Of a stretch of DNA of 64,000 nt, positions 24,499 to 37,324 are shown one piece after another. The notes under the pieces are model-generated. The model searched no databases and was not told where the DNA came from. It was given only the letters and a program-made list of their open reading frames with translations. Each line of letters starts with the position of its first letter. The first letter of the stretch is position 1. This DNA comes from Amphiscolops sp. MND2022 (Eukaryota). The position numbers and the translations under genes were made by a program. The stretch covers positions 61,134,001-61,198,000 of the forward strand of contig OZ076409.1 of the NCBI GenBank assembly GCA_964187785.1. The letters are read 5' to 3'.

Positions 24499-25755
24499 TT
24501 AAATTAAATCAAAATGCCTTTGCCCATCACTACTAATACTTATTAGTTTTGGGGTTAATACAAGTGCAAAAGCTACAAAATTTGCTACTTCGACGGCAGC
24601 ATTAAATTTAAATTCTAAACGGATTGGTTGACTCGCAATGATATCCCTTTGTTTGCTTAGGTCGAATACATAAAAATTATAATTTGTTCTGAATTTGTTC
24701 AAATCAATAAATGGGTTGAGTAAGCTAGTTTCAGAATGTAAGTGATAAAAGTTTTCAATTTCACTGTATGCTTGATCATTTTTGTCGCGGTCGTAGTCAC
24801 ATTCTATCCCATCATCGGGATATTTTTCTGATCCTATTTTACAAACAGCATTACTAATTTGCAACCGGTCAAACACTGCATTATCATGAACCTGAAAATC
24901 AATTTTATTTCTAGCTTGAAATCCAACAATCCAAAAGTTGGAGTCGAAGATCCGCCTGCGTTGTCGCCTGCGCTGCCTAACTCAAATGTCCAATTCGAAT
25001 TTGTGTTAACATCTTTTCTAAAAATAATTCGTTCTGTGTAACTCAATTCGGTTGGATCTTTATTTAGAATTTGGTCCATGACAAGTTGTTGGTTTTCGAT
25101 ACTAGGAACATAGTGTGGAATATACCAACCAATGTCTTTAATAACCACTTTTGCAGCACCCACTCCAACACTTCTTAAAATCGCATCATTGTTAGTGTTC
25201 CGTTTGAGAGTTAATGTGTAGCCCAACCCATACTTTATTTTTTCTTGATCAGCAAATCCGAACAAGTCATTTAGTTTTATTCTCACAAAAAAGGTTCCTT
25301 TCTCATTTTTGTTGTTTGTTAGTTCTTGTCTTCTTATAGTTTCGCTTTCTTCAAACCCATACAATAACTGGGAAGTGGATTTAGTGCTTGTCCAACACTT
25401 GTACATTAAAGAAATCAAGTGCAAATTGTCAATTTTTTCTAGGTGTTTCCCACTAGAAGTTGTTAATTTGGCTTCACTAAATAGAGAGATTGGCCCAAAG
25501 TTAACCAATCCAATTTCATCACCATCAGCAAATCTTGTGTTATTGTTTTTAAGTACTTCAAACTCTAGACTTATGAAACTATTTTGTACACATATGTATG
25601 CATCTTCTCTTGATGACGAAGAGACTGACACTTATATTCGAGTTTGCGTTATTGACTGTCGCCAAACTACTTGGACTATACTTTATGAAATCAATTTTAT
25701 GAATAGGTTTTTCAAGAGTGTATTTATTTTTTAAAGAAAACATATCTGTGTTCAT
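24499..25755 (-). pseudogene. Polinton major capsid protein (double jelly-roll type), frameshifted
   Basis: Start TAAATG at 25755; YSPSSLATVNN, EDAYICVQNSFISLEFEV, LFSEAKL, FDRLQISN..KYP, YVFDLSKQ..IRLEFKF; split over three frames. Confidence 0.75.
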
Positions 25756-25825
25756 TTATAATAAAAAATTGTTGCGAAAGCTATCGCGAAAGCTCCGCGA
25801 AAGCTCTGTAACACTACGTGGAACA

Positions 25826-26710
25826 CTACTCAAATTTATGGAAAATATTCATACTTTCTAACGTTTTGTTGTTAGAGTCAAAGTTGATTATGCTTCTTAA
25901 AAGTTCTTGTTCATAGTATTTTCCTTGAATAATTTCTCCATTTTCATCATTTAGAGTGTATGTTACTGGGTTTGTTTCGTTGATGTTGTGTATTTTAAAA
26001 AGTTCTCTATTCCAATTTGTTGTATAACCTTTTGAATAAATGTTCCTTTTGTCAGGAACTCTTACAAAATCCCCCACTTGGAATTTGGCGAAGCTTTGCG
26101 CGAAGCTGCGCGGTTGTTTCGGTTTATTAACAAAGGTAGGTGGATCTATTGGTTTTTTATTCGCTTCAAAAAGTGTCATTTTGGTTGTGGTATGGACACG
26201 ATTATTATATTTTTGTAAAGCAGCATCAAGGTGATTTAACCAGTTACCTTTACCTTCAATGTACATTGGTTCCTTAATTAAGTCCAGAAGTGTTCTATTG
26301 AAACGTTCTATTGAAACAAAAACAGCCTTCAAATCTGAATTAGTTGAATAAATTTGAATGTTTTGCTCTTTTAAATAGTGTAATAAAGTTGTGTTGTAAA
26401 ACACTTTACCTCTATCACTCCAAATTTTGTGTGGTTTTCTCTCACTAGTTTCCAATAAATTCTTGAATGCAGTAGTTGTACTTTTTCCTGATTTATCTTT
26501 GAGAGGAATCGCCCATGCATATTTAGTATGATTGTCAATTATTGTGAAAATAAACTTGTAGTTTTTGTTGTATTGTGCTAAGCTAGACCTGTCTATCAGA
26601 TCAATACTCCAACACTCATCTTTATAGTGAGTTTGTATTTGAATTCTTTGAAACTTCTTGATTACAGGAGAGAATATTTCTTTAACAATTTCCTTCCTAT
26701 TTTGATTCAT
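25826..26710 (-). CDS. int: Polinton c-integrase (retroviral-like DDE)
   Basis: WSIDLID, IDNHTKYAWAIPLK, SDRG, IERFNRTL, KGYTTNW, GKYYEQEL. Confidence 0.92.
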   Translation of the reverse strand: MNQNRKEIVKEIFSPVIKKFQRIQIQTHYKDECWSIDLIDRSSLAQYNKNYKFIFTIIDNHTKYAWAIPLKDKSGKSTTTAFKNLLETSERKPHKIWSDRGKVFYNTTLLHYLKEQNIQIYSTNSDLKAVFVSIERFNRTLLDLIKEPMYIEGKGNWLNHLDAALQKYNNRVHTTTKMTLFEANKKPIDPPTFVNKPKQPRSFAQSFAKFQVGDFVRVPDKRNIYSKGYTTNWNRELFKIHNINETNPVTYTLNDENGEIIQGKYYEQELLRSIINFDSNNKTLESMNIFHKFE

Positions 26711-26733
26711 TTATAACAATTTTTTATAAACAA

Positions 26734-27939
26734 ATGAATAATGATTATTGCTTGCAGAGCTATAGAAATAATTATCAAGGTGAAGGAGATGGCGCGGGAG
26801 GTGGCGCAAAAGCTGGCACAATAGCTACCACGAAAGCTATCACGCCCAATTGGTTTCAGAAAACACGAATCTATAAAGTAATCACAAATCCTATGTTTAT
26901 TGTATGTTTAATTATATTTATAGGTATTATTGTTGTAATATATTGGAATTATATTCGCCCTAGACAGTTTAAAACAATTTATAAAAAACTACTACAATTT
27001 GCAGGGTTCAAATACTCTCATCTGACAAACCAGGAACGCGAACAGGAAATTAAAGAATCCCACGAAGCTACGCGTGAAGCTGAAGTTCATGGCAATTCCC
27101 ACTTCATAATTTATGGTAGTAGTGGCTCTGGGAAGACAAGTTTTTTAAAGCATTATTTGGCACAAGTTCAAAGAACTTACGTAGTTTTCGGGCGAGATGA
27201 ACGTGAGTTTCCCTCTCAAAATTTTGTACCACTGCTGCAGTTGGAGAAAGTTAGTATTGAATCACTTACTAATAAAATTGTTGTACTGGATGATGCAGGT
27301 GCATACAAAAGTCTTAAAACAAAAGTAGAAGACTTATTTTGATATGGTAGACACATGGGGATTCAAGTAATTTATCTCGCTCACTATGCAAAGGATGTTC
27401 TTCCAATCGTGAGGGAAAACTGTCACAAAATATTTCTAACAAATAATAACCCAGATAACTTCTTCGAGTCGATTGTACAAACTTATGCGTTAGCTTCCGC
27501 GATCAAAGACGGGTTTAATTGGAAATACTACCGCGATCTGTTAGAATATGGTATAATTGAATTTCACACAAGGAGTCAGAAATACAAGGTATTAAACAAC
27601 AAGTACAAGTTAATTTATGATTCGAGCAAACGAAGTGAATGGGGTCCAGAACAACTCGTTGCTTATGAAAGTTACTTTTTCACTGGTGATGAATACAACA
27701 GACTCAAAATTTTCTTAGAGGAAATGTCCGACCAGACAATTGAAATAACACCACTCAACATAGCTTATTATTATGTAGCCTATTGCAAACAAAATAACAT
27801 CAGAGTAAATGAATCCAAAATAGACAACTACGTTGAGCGTATGCAAAAACCACTAATTAGTGATTCAGTTAAAGAGGACTTTAAAAATTTAATTTATGAT
27901 CAGGCAAAAAGTTTTACTAAAAATAAACTGAGTAATTAG
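26734..27939 (+). pseudogene. A32/FtsK-like packaging ATPase 1 with N-terminal transmembrane helix; one in-frame stop
   Basis: Walker A GSSGSGKT, Walker B VVLDD, LF*YGRH (TGA 27340-27342), same frame continues to 27939. Confidence 0.8.
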
Positions 27940-28095
27940 CGGGAGCTATCGCGGAAGCTATCGCGGAAGCTATCGCGGAAGCTATCGCGGAAGCTATCGC
28001 GGAGGCTATCGCGGAAGCTATCGCGGAAGCTATCGCAAGAAATTAACAAGAAATTAACAAAAAAATTAGCGGAAGCAATCGCGGAAGCTATCGCA
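27940..28095 (+). repeat. 12-bp tandem repeat (GCGGAAGCTATC)n
   Basis: About 8 adjacent copies plus 2 more near 28069-28093. Confidence 0.9.
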
Positions 28096-28535
28096 AAAAT
28101 ATAGTGATTCTTAGAGAAGTTTAGAGAAAATTAGAGATTCTTAGAGATTCTTAGAGGAATTTAGTGATCTCTAAATTTCTCACTAAATCACTAAGGTTTC
28201 ACTAAGAGCATTTATTTTCACTAAATTTCACTATAATCTTTAATCTTAGAGAAATGAATACTCTTAGAGACACTTAGTGAAACCTTAGTGATTCTTAGTG
28301 ATTTTGCTTAGTGATTACATAGTGATTACATAGTGATTATTAGAGGAATTTAGTGATTGTTTACTAAATGAATGAATTGCTTAATTTGTATAAAAGTAGT
28401 GAAAAAAGTTTGTGTGATGATTGTAGTAATAAAAAAAAGATGTAAAGACTGTAATATTATGAAGAATTGTAATATTTTTTTTCATACAAAAGTGGTAAAA
28501 TGTATAGTACATGAATTCAATGTTTTAATAAAAAG

Positions 28536-29417
28536 GTGAGTTGTGAATTTTGTAATAAGGAATTAAATAAGAGTTATTTAAGGTCACACGTCAAGAAGCA
28601 ACACTATAAACAACACTATAATTATAATCAGCACTATAATCAACACTATAATTATAACCAGCACTATAATCAGCATACTGGGGGTGATTTGCTTCCGCGA
28701 CAGCTATCACGAGAGCTACAGCGAGAGTTACCACGAGGCGTGTCTTCACACAATAATAATAATAATAATGCGAAAGCTATCGCTAATGATGATAATAATA
28801 GTGGTGTGAACGAAACTAGTAGAACATTAATAGTTGGGCCATCATTTTGTGGTAAGACTCATTTGTTGTTGAATAAATTACGATTGATTCGTTTGGAAGA
28901 TCCAGAGAAACAAATTCGTATCATTACAAGGAGTCCGGAACAATATGAGGATGTGGAGTTTTATTTTCAAGGAATAGAAGTGGAAGAAAATGTGGGGGAT
29001 TTGGAAGAGTATAGGGGGTGTTGTGTAGTATTTGATGATATGTTAGACTCCAACCAGAAATTGATTGATCCATTTTTTACTAGGGGAAGACACAAGTCTT
29101 GTGATGTTTATTATTTATGTCAGAGCTATTTTGATGCACCAAAAAAGACAGTTAGAAACAATTCGAATATAATAATTTCATTTCAACAAACACTGAAAGA
29201 TGTAGAACATATTCATAGGGACATATCAGGTTTTGATATGTCTTATGAGGAATTAAAAAGTTTGTGTAGAGAGGCATGGAACGAAAAATTCAACTACCTG
29301 TTAATAAACAGATTGGAAGATAAAAATGGGAGTAGGTACAGGATTTGTAATGAATCTAATCCAAATTACAAGATCTTTAATCCACAAACTGATCCTTTAA
29401 GTAATCGAGGAGATTAG
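28536..29417 (+). CDS. A32/FtsK-like packaging ATPase 2 with N-terminal C2H2 finger (5' end degenerate back to about 28368)
   Basis: CEFCNKELNKSYLRSHVKKQH; Walker A GPSFCGKT; Walker B VVFDD; FTRGRH; QSYF..PKKTVRNN. Confidence 0.85.
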   Translation: MSCEFCNKELNKSYLRSHVKKQHYKQHYNYNQHYNQHYNYNQHYNQHTGGDLLPRQLSRELQRELPRGVSSHNNNNNNAKAIANDDNNSGVNETSRTLIVGPSFCGKTHLLLNKLRLIRLEDPEKQIRIITRSPEQYEDVEFYFQGIEVEENVGDLEEYRGCCVVFDDMLDSNQKLIDPFFTRGRHKSCDVYYLCQSYFDAPKKTVRNNSNIIISFQQTLKDVEHIHRDISGFDMSYEELKSLCREAWNEKFNYLLINRLEDKNGSRYRICNESNPNYKIFNPQTDPLSNRGD

Positions 29418-29713
29418 GAGATCAAGTTGCTTCGCATATTTTGGTGTTGAGAAGGTGATATGCATTCATACTCCAATAACTTGTCTATAATTGCAATAAT
29501 TTGTTCATTAATCAGAAAACTATCATTTCCTCCAACTTTTTCAAAATAAAGTAGTTTCAATTGATCCACTAATTCGTCTGGGTCAGATGGGAGGAAAATG
29601 TACTGTTGTGCGTAGCTTCGCGTGGAGCCCTGTGCACACCCCTGTAATCCACTTCCTGTGAAGCCCTGTGTAGCCTCGCGTGTATAACTCTGTGATTGAT
29701 CCTGTGCATGTGT
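29414..29713 (-). pseudogene. C-terminal part of the Polinton gene split by the 32.5-kb insertion
   Basis: LPSDPDELVDQLKLL..GGND..NEQIIAIIDKL Polinton-type C-terminus; TQG/QSYT repeats continue those of the 62187-62981 half. Confidence 0.8.
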
Positions 29714-30279
29714 CTTTGAGAATCCGCACTTGGTCGGACATTTGGCCGTTTTTTGCCTAGCACTTGGTCGAACCCGCACTTCGTCGGTCATAATTGGTCG
29801 AACACGCTATTCTGAATAGTGGAAAATGCTTCAAATGGCCTCAGGATTATTTTAAGACTTTGTCCTACCAAGTGACAAAATGTTAGATTTTATACATTTT
29901 CATAGCGCCGACCAGCGGCGAAAGAGTGTCACGAATCCGGCGTTTTTGATTGGTTGAACGAATTCCTGTGTAAGTTCGACCAAGTGAGCGAAAAGTGATG
30001 CTGCTCTCTGATTGGTCAATTCCGAGGTCAATTCTATGTCCGACATTGTCGCGGTGAGCGAGTGTGTCATCAGTGCTTCTTTCGACAAAGGAACAATGTA
30101 TTAACTCACGAAGCGAATACCGTTGGAAAGCATTCCAAATAGTTCAAAATGACGTCACTAGATAAATTGAACGTCCGACGCGTATCAGATATCACTGTGA
30201 ACCATCCACGAGTATTAATGAAGAATTTTCACACAATGTTCTACCTTTTGTAGTAAAAGTTTTTTAAGTAATTTTCACG

Positions 30280-31040
30280 CATTATTTTATCAACGAACCC
30301 CCCCCACACGCAACATGGATAAAACGAAAAAAAAATGGAAATTAGTGAATATGATTAACTTGAAGTCTTGATATTTCAAATAGTTTTTTTGGAATAAATT
30401 CAACCAATTTCAAGAAAATTTTAGAATGGAAAAATTGTATATGCATTGGCGAATTTTTATGCAGTTATAAGGTAATTTATTCAACACAACAACCACCGCC
30501 CCCCCCCGCGAGGCCAAAAAAAATAAAATGAAACGAAAAAAAATTACCTAACACAATAAAATTAAACTCATGAAACTCTCAAAAATTCATTTTATTTACT
30601 TTTTGGAATATGTCCAATCAATTTTACAAAGGCTTGAGAATGGAGGAAATATGTATGCTTTAGCAGTTTACTGCATTCTTGAAGTATTATATTTACACGA
30701 ACCCCCCCATGCCAAAAAAGAAAATGAAACGAAAAAAATACCTAACACAATAAACTGGATGTCTAACTAATTTTATTCAGTTTATTCTTTTTGGAATAAG
30801 TCCAATCAATTTTAGAAAGGCTTGAGAATGGAGGAAATATGTATGCTTTAGCAGTTTAATACATTCATAAAGTATTATTCTTACACCAAGCCCCCCCAAG
30901 CCAAAAAGTAAAATGAAACGAAAAAGAAATTACCTAAAACAATAAACTGAAAGTCTAACTAATTTTATTCAGTTTATTTTTTTGGAATTAGTCCAATCAT
31001 TTTTTCAGGGGCTTGAGAATGGAAAAAGTATGTGGATCCC
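30280..31040. repeat. About 190-200-bp degenerate tandem repeat, about 4 copies
   Basis: Recurring poly-C..AAAATGAAACGAAAAA..TTTTGGAAT..GAGAATGGA blocks. Confidence 0.75.
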
Positions 31041-31454
31041 CCCGCACAAATAATATGAATATAATTTTTGAGTTTTGCATCATATATATCAGCCGGACGC
31101 TGTTTATTAGCAGTATTCTCAGCACCGGGCGTTGCTCTTTTGTTTGGTTCATCTTTGGAAGTTTCCATTTGTCCATTAATTGATTTTTGTTTAAATTAAT
31201 TGAAATGTTTGATCCCAAATAAAATTCCGGAAGCTCTGGTAGTTAGCATATTTTCGTAGTAGACTTTGTAAATTAGATTTTTAGACCCTCCAGAGGCCAC
31301 GTTCTTCAGAGGCCAGAGGCGTGGGTCTTGTTATGGGCGACACTATGTGATCCCCTAACTGAGAGCCTCTCTAAAAATACATGATAATGGGTGTCAGTGT
31401 TTCAAGGTTGTGATTTTTTATCACAATTTTCACTTTAGCCCGACATTTTTTTAT

Positions 31455-31910
31455 TTAGTTTATTTATTAGTAGTGTTCTCAGCACCGGGCGTTGCTATTT
31501 CATTTAGTTTATTCGATAGCAGTGTTCTAAGCACCGGGCGTTGCTATTTCATTTAGATTATTTAATAGCAGTGTTCGAAGCACCGGGCGTTGCTATTTCA
31601 TTTAGTTTATTTAATAGCAGTGTTCTAAGCACCGGGCGTTGCTATTTCATTTAGTTTATTTAATAGCAGTGTTCTAAGCACCGGGCGTTGCTATTTCGTT
31701 TAGATTTTTTAATAGCAGTGTTCTAAGCACCGGGCGTTGCTATTTCATTTAGTTTATTTAAAAGCAGTGTTCTAAGCACCGGGCGTTGCTATTTCATTTA
31801 GTTTATTTAAAAGCAGTGTTCTAAGCACCGGGCATTGCTATTTCATTTAGTTTATTTAATAGCAGTGTTCTAAGCACCGGGCATTGCTATTTCATTTAGT
31901 TCATTTATTA
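31455..31910. repeat. 49-bp satellite, 9 copies, with CACCGGGCGTTGC core
   Basis: Core at 31482, 31531, 31580 ... 31874. Confidence 0.92.
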
Positions 31911-34186
31911 GCATTTAACAGAAAAGATCCGAAAGTTTTAGTGTTCTAAAGCAATCACAATGCAAAAGAGATTCACTGAAAGAAGTATGAGAATTACAGA
32001 TAAATTTTCGTGAGTTCGATTGTTTCCGGGGTATTTGGATTTATTTTTTATGTTATATGAAACTAATTTCATTTTTATGTTAAATGGGAATAATTTTGTT
32101 TTTATGTTATTTGCTCTTTATTTGCTCTTATTAAAAAGCATAAAACTTCAGGCAATAAAGAGCAAACTTTAAAATCAAATGAATGTTCTGTTGGTGCAGT
32201 GGTTTACACGACTGCTTGAAAAATTGTAGGTGTGTAGTGGTACCCAAGAGTGTCAAGTAAATTATTGAAAATAATTGCAATAAATATATTCAAATAATTT
32301 ATTTTTCAGCCTTTCCAATTACAATAGTTTATTGTTTCAAATTTTACATCAAACACGTCAAACTCAGCTGAACGAATTTTCAGTACTGCGAGATACTTCC
32401 ATAATGACTATCTATGTGACTTTGAACAAAAATTCGAGCATCCGGGATGTAAGTAAATACAGTGAATGAAGTTTTGTGAAAATAATTCGTTTTCTCAAGC
32501 ACTCCAGCACAATAAAGCGACAATAGTTTAAATCATTTATTTTCTTGAAAAATAAATATAAATAGTTTAATTTCATGCAAATTGTATTGAAATACAATAT
32601 TTTACAACCTAGGTGGTACCGATCTGTTTTGAGCCTTTTGCATCTTTCCGTCCTTATGCTGTCTTACTTGTTCATCCTTTTGTTTATCCTCTTCAAAAAG
32701 AGCGTACTGCGATTTCTCTGCAATCTGATTGGCTGAAAGCATGCGGACCGGAACGAAAGCACGGGAAACTTCAGAGAAAAATGAACTTTTTAATTCACAA
32801 CTCAATTTTGCGTGAGGACTTCGTTCCGGTCCATCCATTTTTCTGAAATTTGATTGGCTCAGACCGGTTTTGCTCCATTTTAACTTAACACTTAACACCT
32901 GACTTTTAACATTTAACGGGAAGAGACCTCATTGAAAATTGCATTTCAATAGGAGGATGGTTATTTTCATAACTTGGGAGGACGGAGGTTCAAAATGACC
33001 AACGATAATGAGTTTTACCTCTCAATGAGGGTATAGAATATGAAAGTGAAATTCGACTGCACTTCAAACAATTTTAAGCTCTTGTCAAACCTGACAACGA
33101 GCAGGTACGTGAAGCTGGCATACCAAGAATTATTTCAAAATGCTGTTGGCTCCCGCGTTGTCATATATTCGTTGGTTCGCAGTAAATATGGTATATGAAC
33201 TGCAACACTACTGAATGCTTCAAGGTCTTGTTGGAGTAGTCGGTTGCGCGAAAGATTGATCTCACACCAGCTGCATAGTTAAATTGTGGTTCGAATCACG
33301 GTAGGAGCCACCTTCATGGTTCATGGAATAGATTTCACTGTGATTGTTGATGTTTCAATCGCATCCACGGTGGAAATAATGCAGTAGTGTTGAGAGCAAT
33401 GCCCTTCTCCACTTCCTCGCGCAGTATGATTACTCCAACCAGGCTTTTTTGAGAGTATTTGTTCGTATACTGCGCTACAGTTTTAGCCAAATACATACAA
33501 TCAGGGGTGTTCAATATTTTATCCGAATATTACTATTGCTTTATAATTATTTTTATTCTCAGCGAAAAACGGATATCAACAAAAATTTAAAGTAGCCATC
33601 CATAATCAGGCCAAAACGCGGCGACAGGGCTTTTTTAATGGACTCTTAGACCTTTTGACTCAGTAGCTTAAGGTACTTGACAAAGGTATTTCTAGAAATT
33701 AGCTCAATTTTGTTTGTTTTTCGAATTTATTTCGCTGACGATTCGTTGAATTAAACGCTCTTAGTTTTAGTTATCTCAAAAATAAGTATTTTTATTCATT
33801 TAAGTGTTAATTAAGACATTTTTTTAAAATGTTGAAAATCTAAATATTCAAATCACTAATTACAATGTTTCTAATATCCATGTTTCAAAACTTTTTTAAA
33901 AGTCATCCTTGTTTTGAACAATTAATACTTGGACAGTTTGTATACAAGGATACCAGTTAGATACGAGCATTGGTAGCACATACACACACAACGAGAAAGT
34001 TTGGATCTTTTGTTGATCCCCCCATTTAATTCCCCCGTTTTTATTACTCGATATTACTCTACTTATTTTATAACTCTAGCTGCAACTGAAACTTATCGCT
34101 GTTACAGTAATAAAATATTTTTTATAAATGAAAATAAAATATAAATGAAACGACTTGAATTGAAAAAATACAATGTGTGCGTGCAA

Positions 34187-34567
34187 TTAGAATTCCATGC
34201 CAAAGAATGATTCGTCCGAAGACGAGTCAAAGAGTTTTTCCGAAGAAATCTTCTTGATGCTGGACATAAAGCTCAGCAGTTCTTCCAGTAGTGGATCCTT
34301 GTTGTCCAGAGCATGGTAGCCCAGCACTTCGTTCAAGTCCTTGAAACTTTGTGACTGTGGGTGAAGGTGTATGTTGAATTTCGTTGGGGTCTTTTTCACG
34401 GGTAGCGGATGAGAGCGGTTAGATTGGATTCCATAGAAACAAACTCTGATGACACTTTCTCTGAAGGTCCAATATATTTTTGTGATGGTAACTACCTCAA
34501 TATCGAGGTTTTCAAGCTCTTGTGGAACTACCCACAGTAAGTTCAAATATAGTTTGTGGCAAGGCAT
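34187..34567 (-). CDS. Orphan cargo protein A (126 aa)
   Basis: ATG-started ORF similar to the ORF at 38437-38925 (..P.S.SF..L.EVL.YHAL.N.DP.LE). Confidence 0.65.
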   Translation of the reverse strand: MPCHKLYLNLLWVVPQELENLDIEVVTITKIYWTFRESVIRVCFYGIQSNRSHPLPVKKTPTKFNIHLHPQSQSFKDLNEVLGYHALDNKDPLLEELLSFMSSIKKISSEKLFDSSSDESFFGMEF

Positions 34568-36034
34568 CAGTAGATTTGGTAGGTTAGACTAAACAGACTG
34601 CGTTCAAAGAGACTGAGAAACAACTGGAATTCTACAGTACCCTTCCAAAAGCGTGCTAGCACAATCGTCTCAACCTTAAACCTTACTCACGAGTAATGAG
34701 TCGGTGTTCAGTTGTGATATAGTTCAAAGTAAAATACTTTGGTGAAATAACCGGCTATAGATAATCAAGTAATTAGGAACAGCAAAGTCGAAACGATTGT
34801 TGGTTACTTAATTAAGTATTTTAAAGGCTGCCTAATTATTAAAATTGTAGTAACAAGCGTGACGTTTATTCGTGTTGCCTCGCTATAAAGTATTCAGCAA
34901 AAGAAAGTCCCTTACACTAAAGGAATCCTTTGATACTCCAGTAACCAATTGGATTCCACTTCTAATTAACTCACTTCAGACTCACCTACTAACCAGTCAG
35001 CGCCAATTCACAATCAAAATCAGTTGAAACAACCATCTTTCTCCACTGAACCAGTATTACTGAACCAGTTTCATTCTTCACTGAACTGTATTCAACAATG
35101 CTGAAAGCGACAGGGACAATAATCCTACAAAATGGAAACTTCGCCGTCATTGAGATCAAGTCACAAACCCCCAAGAAAGTTGGATTCTGCTATTACAATA
35201 GTGTGGTTTACCCTGACGGAAAGATAAGGTAATTATTGTTCTAAATCGTTTAGAGTTTCTATGTTAGAATCTGGTTTTTGTATTACGAAAGAATCTATAT
35301 CATGATGTTTTTGGTACACAGGATAACCCTCAGATCTTGGGGCATATGATTGACTAAAAAATTTTCAAAAATACTATCTCAACTTTGTGAAAATCAAGAA
35401 AAAATGCAAATTTGATTTTGTCAAAATTTACAATCCTAACTTTGTAATTTTTGTCAGAAGACTTTCAAATAAACTTTTTTGTAAACTAGATAAAATTCTA
35501 AGAACTTTTTGTAGCCGGCAAATTTTTGTTCATCCTGTTTAGACACGAAAAGATGCTCGAGAATGTGACGGATTTCATGGAAGAACAAGAGGATCTGTGG
35601 CGGCCCAATAATAATATTCATGTCAAGCCATTCCAAGCACGACTTTGATGACGAGATGATGCTGAGAAACAAATAGTCTCACTACCAAGACGATTGCCGA
35701 CGATGCCGCTGGTTGAATTTATCTGTAAAACAACCAAGAACCCGAACTCGAACGCGTATTTCTGGAATATGTGTTGAAACATTTGTGATCACTTTCAATA
35801 CCTTTTGTTTTCGTTAAATATCAATGAAAAATTTCATTGCTTCTTCGTTTATTTTCGAGTGTCGATTTTAGGAAATAGGAGTACCGAATTCGCATAAGAA
35901 AGTCCCGCCGTTTTGAGAAAATGAGTGCCCGAATTTATTCTTCCTGATTATCACTACAGTAGAGTATTTCACAAAAATACATTGAGGGTTATCATTATAT
36001 TAGTTTTGATTGACGTCTAAGTCAATTACTGTAA

Positions 36035-36465
36035 ATCAAACACTGCGCGAGTCAACGGGCGTTGCTATTTTTATTCGTTCATTCTAAATTATACACTGCG
36101 TGAGCACCGGGCGTTGCTATTTTTAATCGTTCATTCTAAATTATACACTGCGTGAGCACCGGGCGTTGCTATTTTTAATCGTTCATTCTAAATTATACAC
36201 TGCGCGAGCACCGGGCGTTGCTATTTTTAATCGTTCATTCTAAATTATACACTGCGCGAGCACCGGGCGTTGCTAGTTTTATTCGTTCATTCTAAATTAT
36301 ACACTGCGCGAGCACCGGGCGTTGCTATTTTTAATCGTTCATTCTAAATTATACACTGCGCGAGCACCGGGCGTTGCTAGTTTTATTCGTTCATTCCAAT
36401 TCGTTCATTCTAAATCAAACTCTGAGCGATGCACCAGGCGTTGCTATTTTAATACGTTCATTCTA
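36035..36465. repeat. 52-bp satellite, about 8 copies, with CACCGGGCGTTGC core
   Basis: Core at 36104, 36156, 36208, 36260, 36312, 36364 plus degenerate flanking copies. Confidence 0.92.
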
Positions 36466-36862
36466 AAACTAGAAGACGAAACTAGAATAAAGATTGGTAT
36501 TTTTATTTCTTTGAATTATTTTCAAATAAATTATTTATTGCACAACGCTGATTGCACTGGGCGTTGCAATCAAAGTTGTTTAAGTTTTAATTGTTTGAAT
36601 TCAGGCAATTAAAAAGTTTATTGATTTGAATGCATTTAGCTGCAATTAATTGCAACTATTTTTTAAGCAAATCAAATGTGAGAAACTGACAAATTTCAAG
36701 TATTTAGGTATAAAATAAAAAACTTGTCGCCCAATAACCTTGAAAAGCGACTTTTTCGTAAGTGAACCATTCTTTCTGGAATATTGATGACGTTAAGAAA
36801 ATTATAAACTCCTAGTATTTTCTTGCAGGATTTAATTGCAATTTTTGTTCGTATCGTTCATT

Positions 36863-37312
36863 GGACCATGTCATCTGTTTCCCCCCCCAACTGCGGCGGG
36901 GGGGGGGATAAGTCACAAGGTTCAAATACCACTATGTCGACATCGTTTGCGTTAGAATATTAATCCAATAAAACAATTGATGTCGACATAATCCTATCCA
37001 TTACATTGACTGTCAGTTAAAAGTTGCTCATTAGATATCATCACGGAGAAAATTTGCGTTGAAATAGGGGCCTTTTTATACTATTTCATCTTGTTCCAAG
37101 CGTGAATTTTTGCCATTTTGGACAATCATATCAAAAAATTAGGGTTTTTTTTTACCTGAAGTGTCCAACAGTTGTAGAGACAATCCGCTAAGTATTTACA
37201 TTCGTATAATATTCTCTAAGTAGTGAAATATTTTTATTCAAGAACAAAATGTGCTTTCGTGCTGGGGGGATTCCTAACAAGGTGTACCTGGGGGGGATAG
37301 ATGACATGGTCC
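36863..37312. mobile_element. 450-bp MITE, Merlin-like
   Basis: TIR GGACCATGTCATCT / AGATGACATGGTCC; exact 8-bp TSD CGTTCATT (36855-36862; 37313-37320); a lone end of the same family at 40752. Confidence 0.85.
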
Positions 37313-37324
37313 CGTTCATTTTTT

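Noticed and set aside
33100..35720. Further possible cargo exons (33100-33490 minus; 35098-35229 plus; 35454-35672 minus)
   Set aside because: Coding-like composition but no consistent frame or recognisable motif
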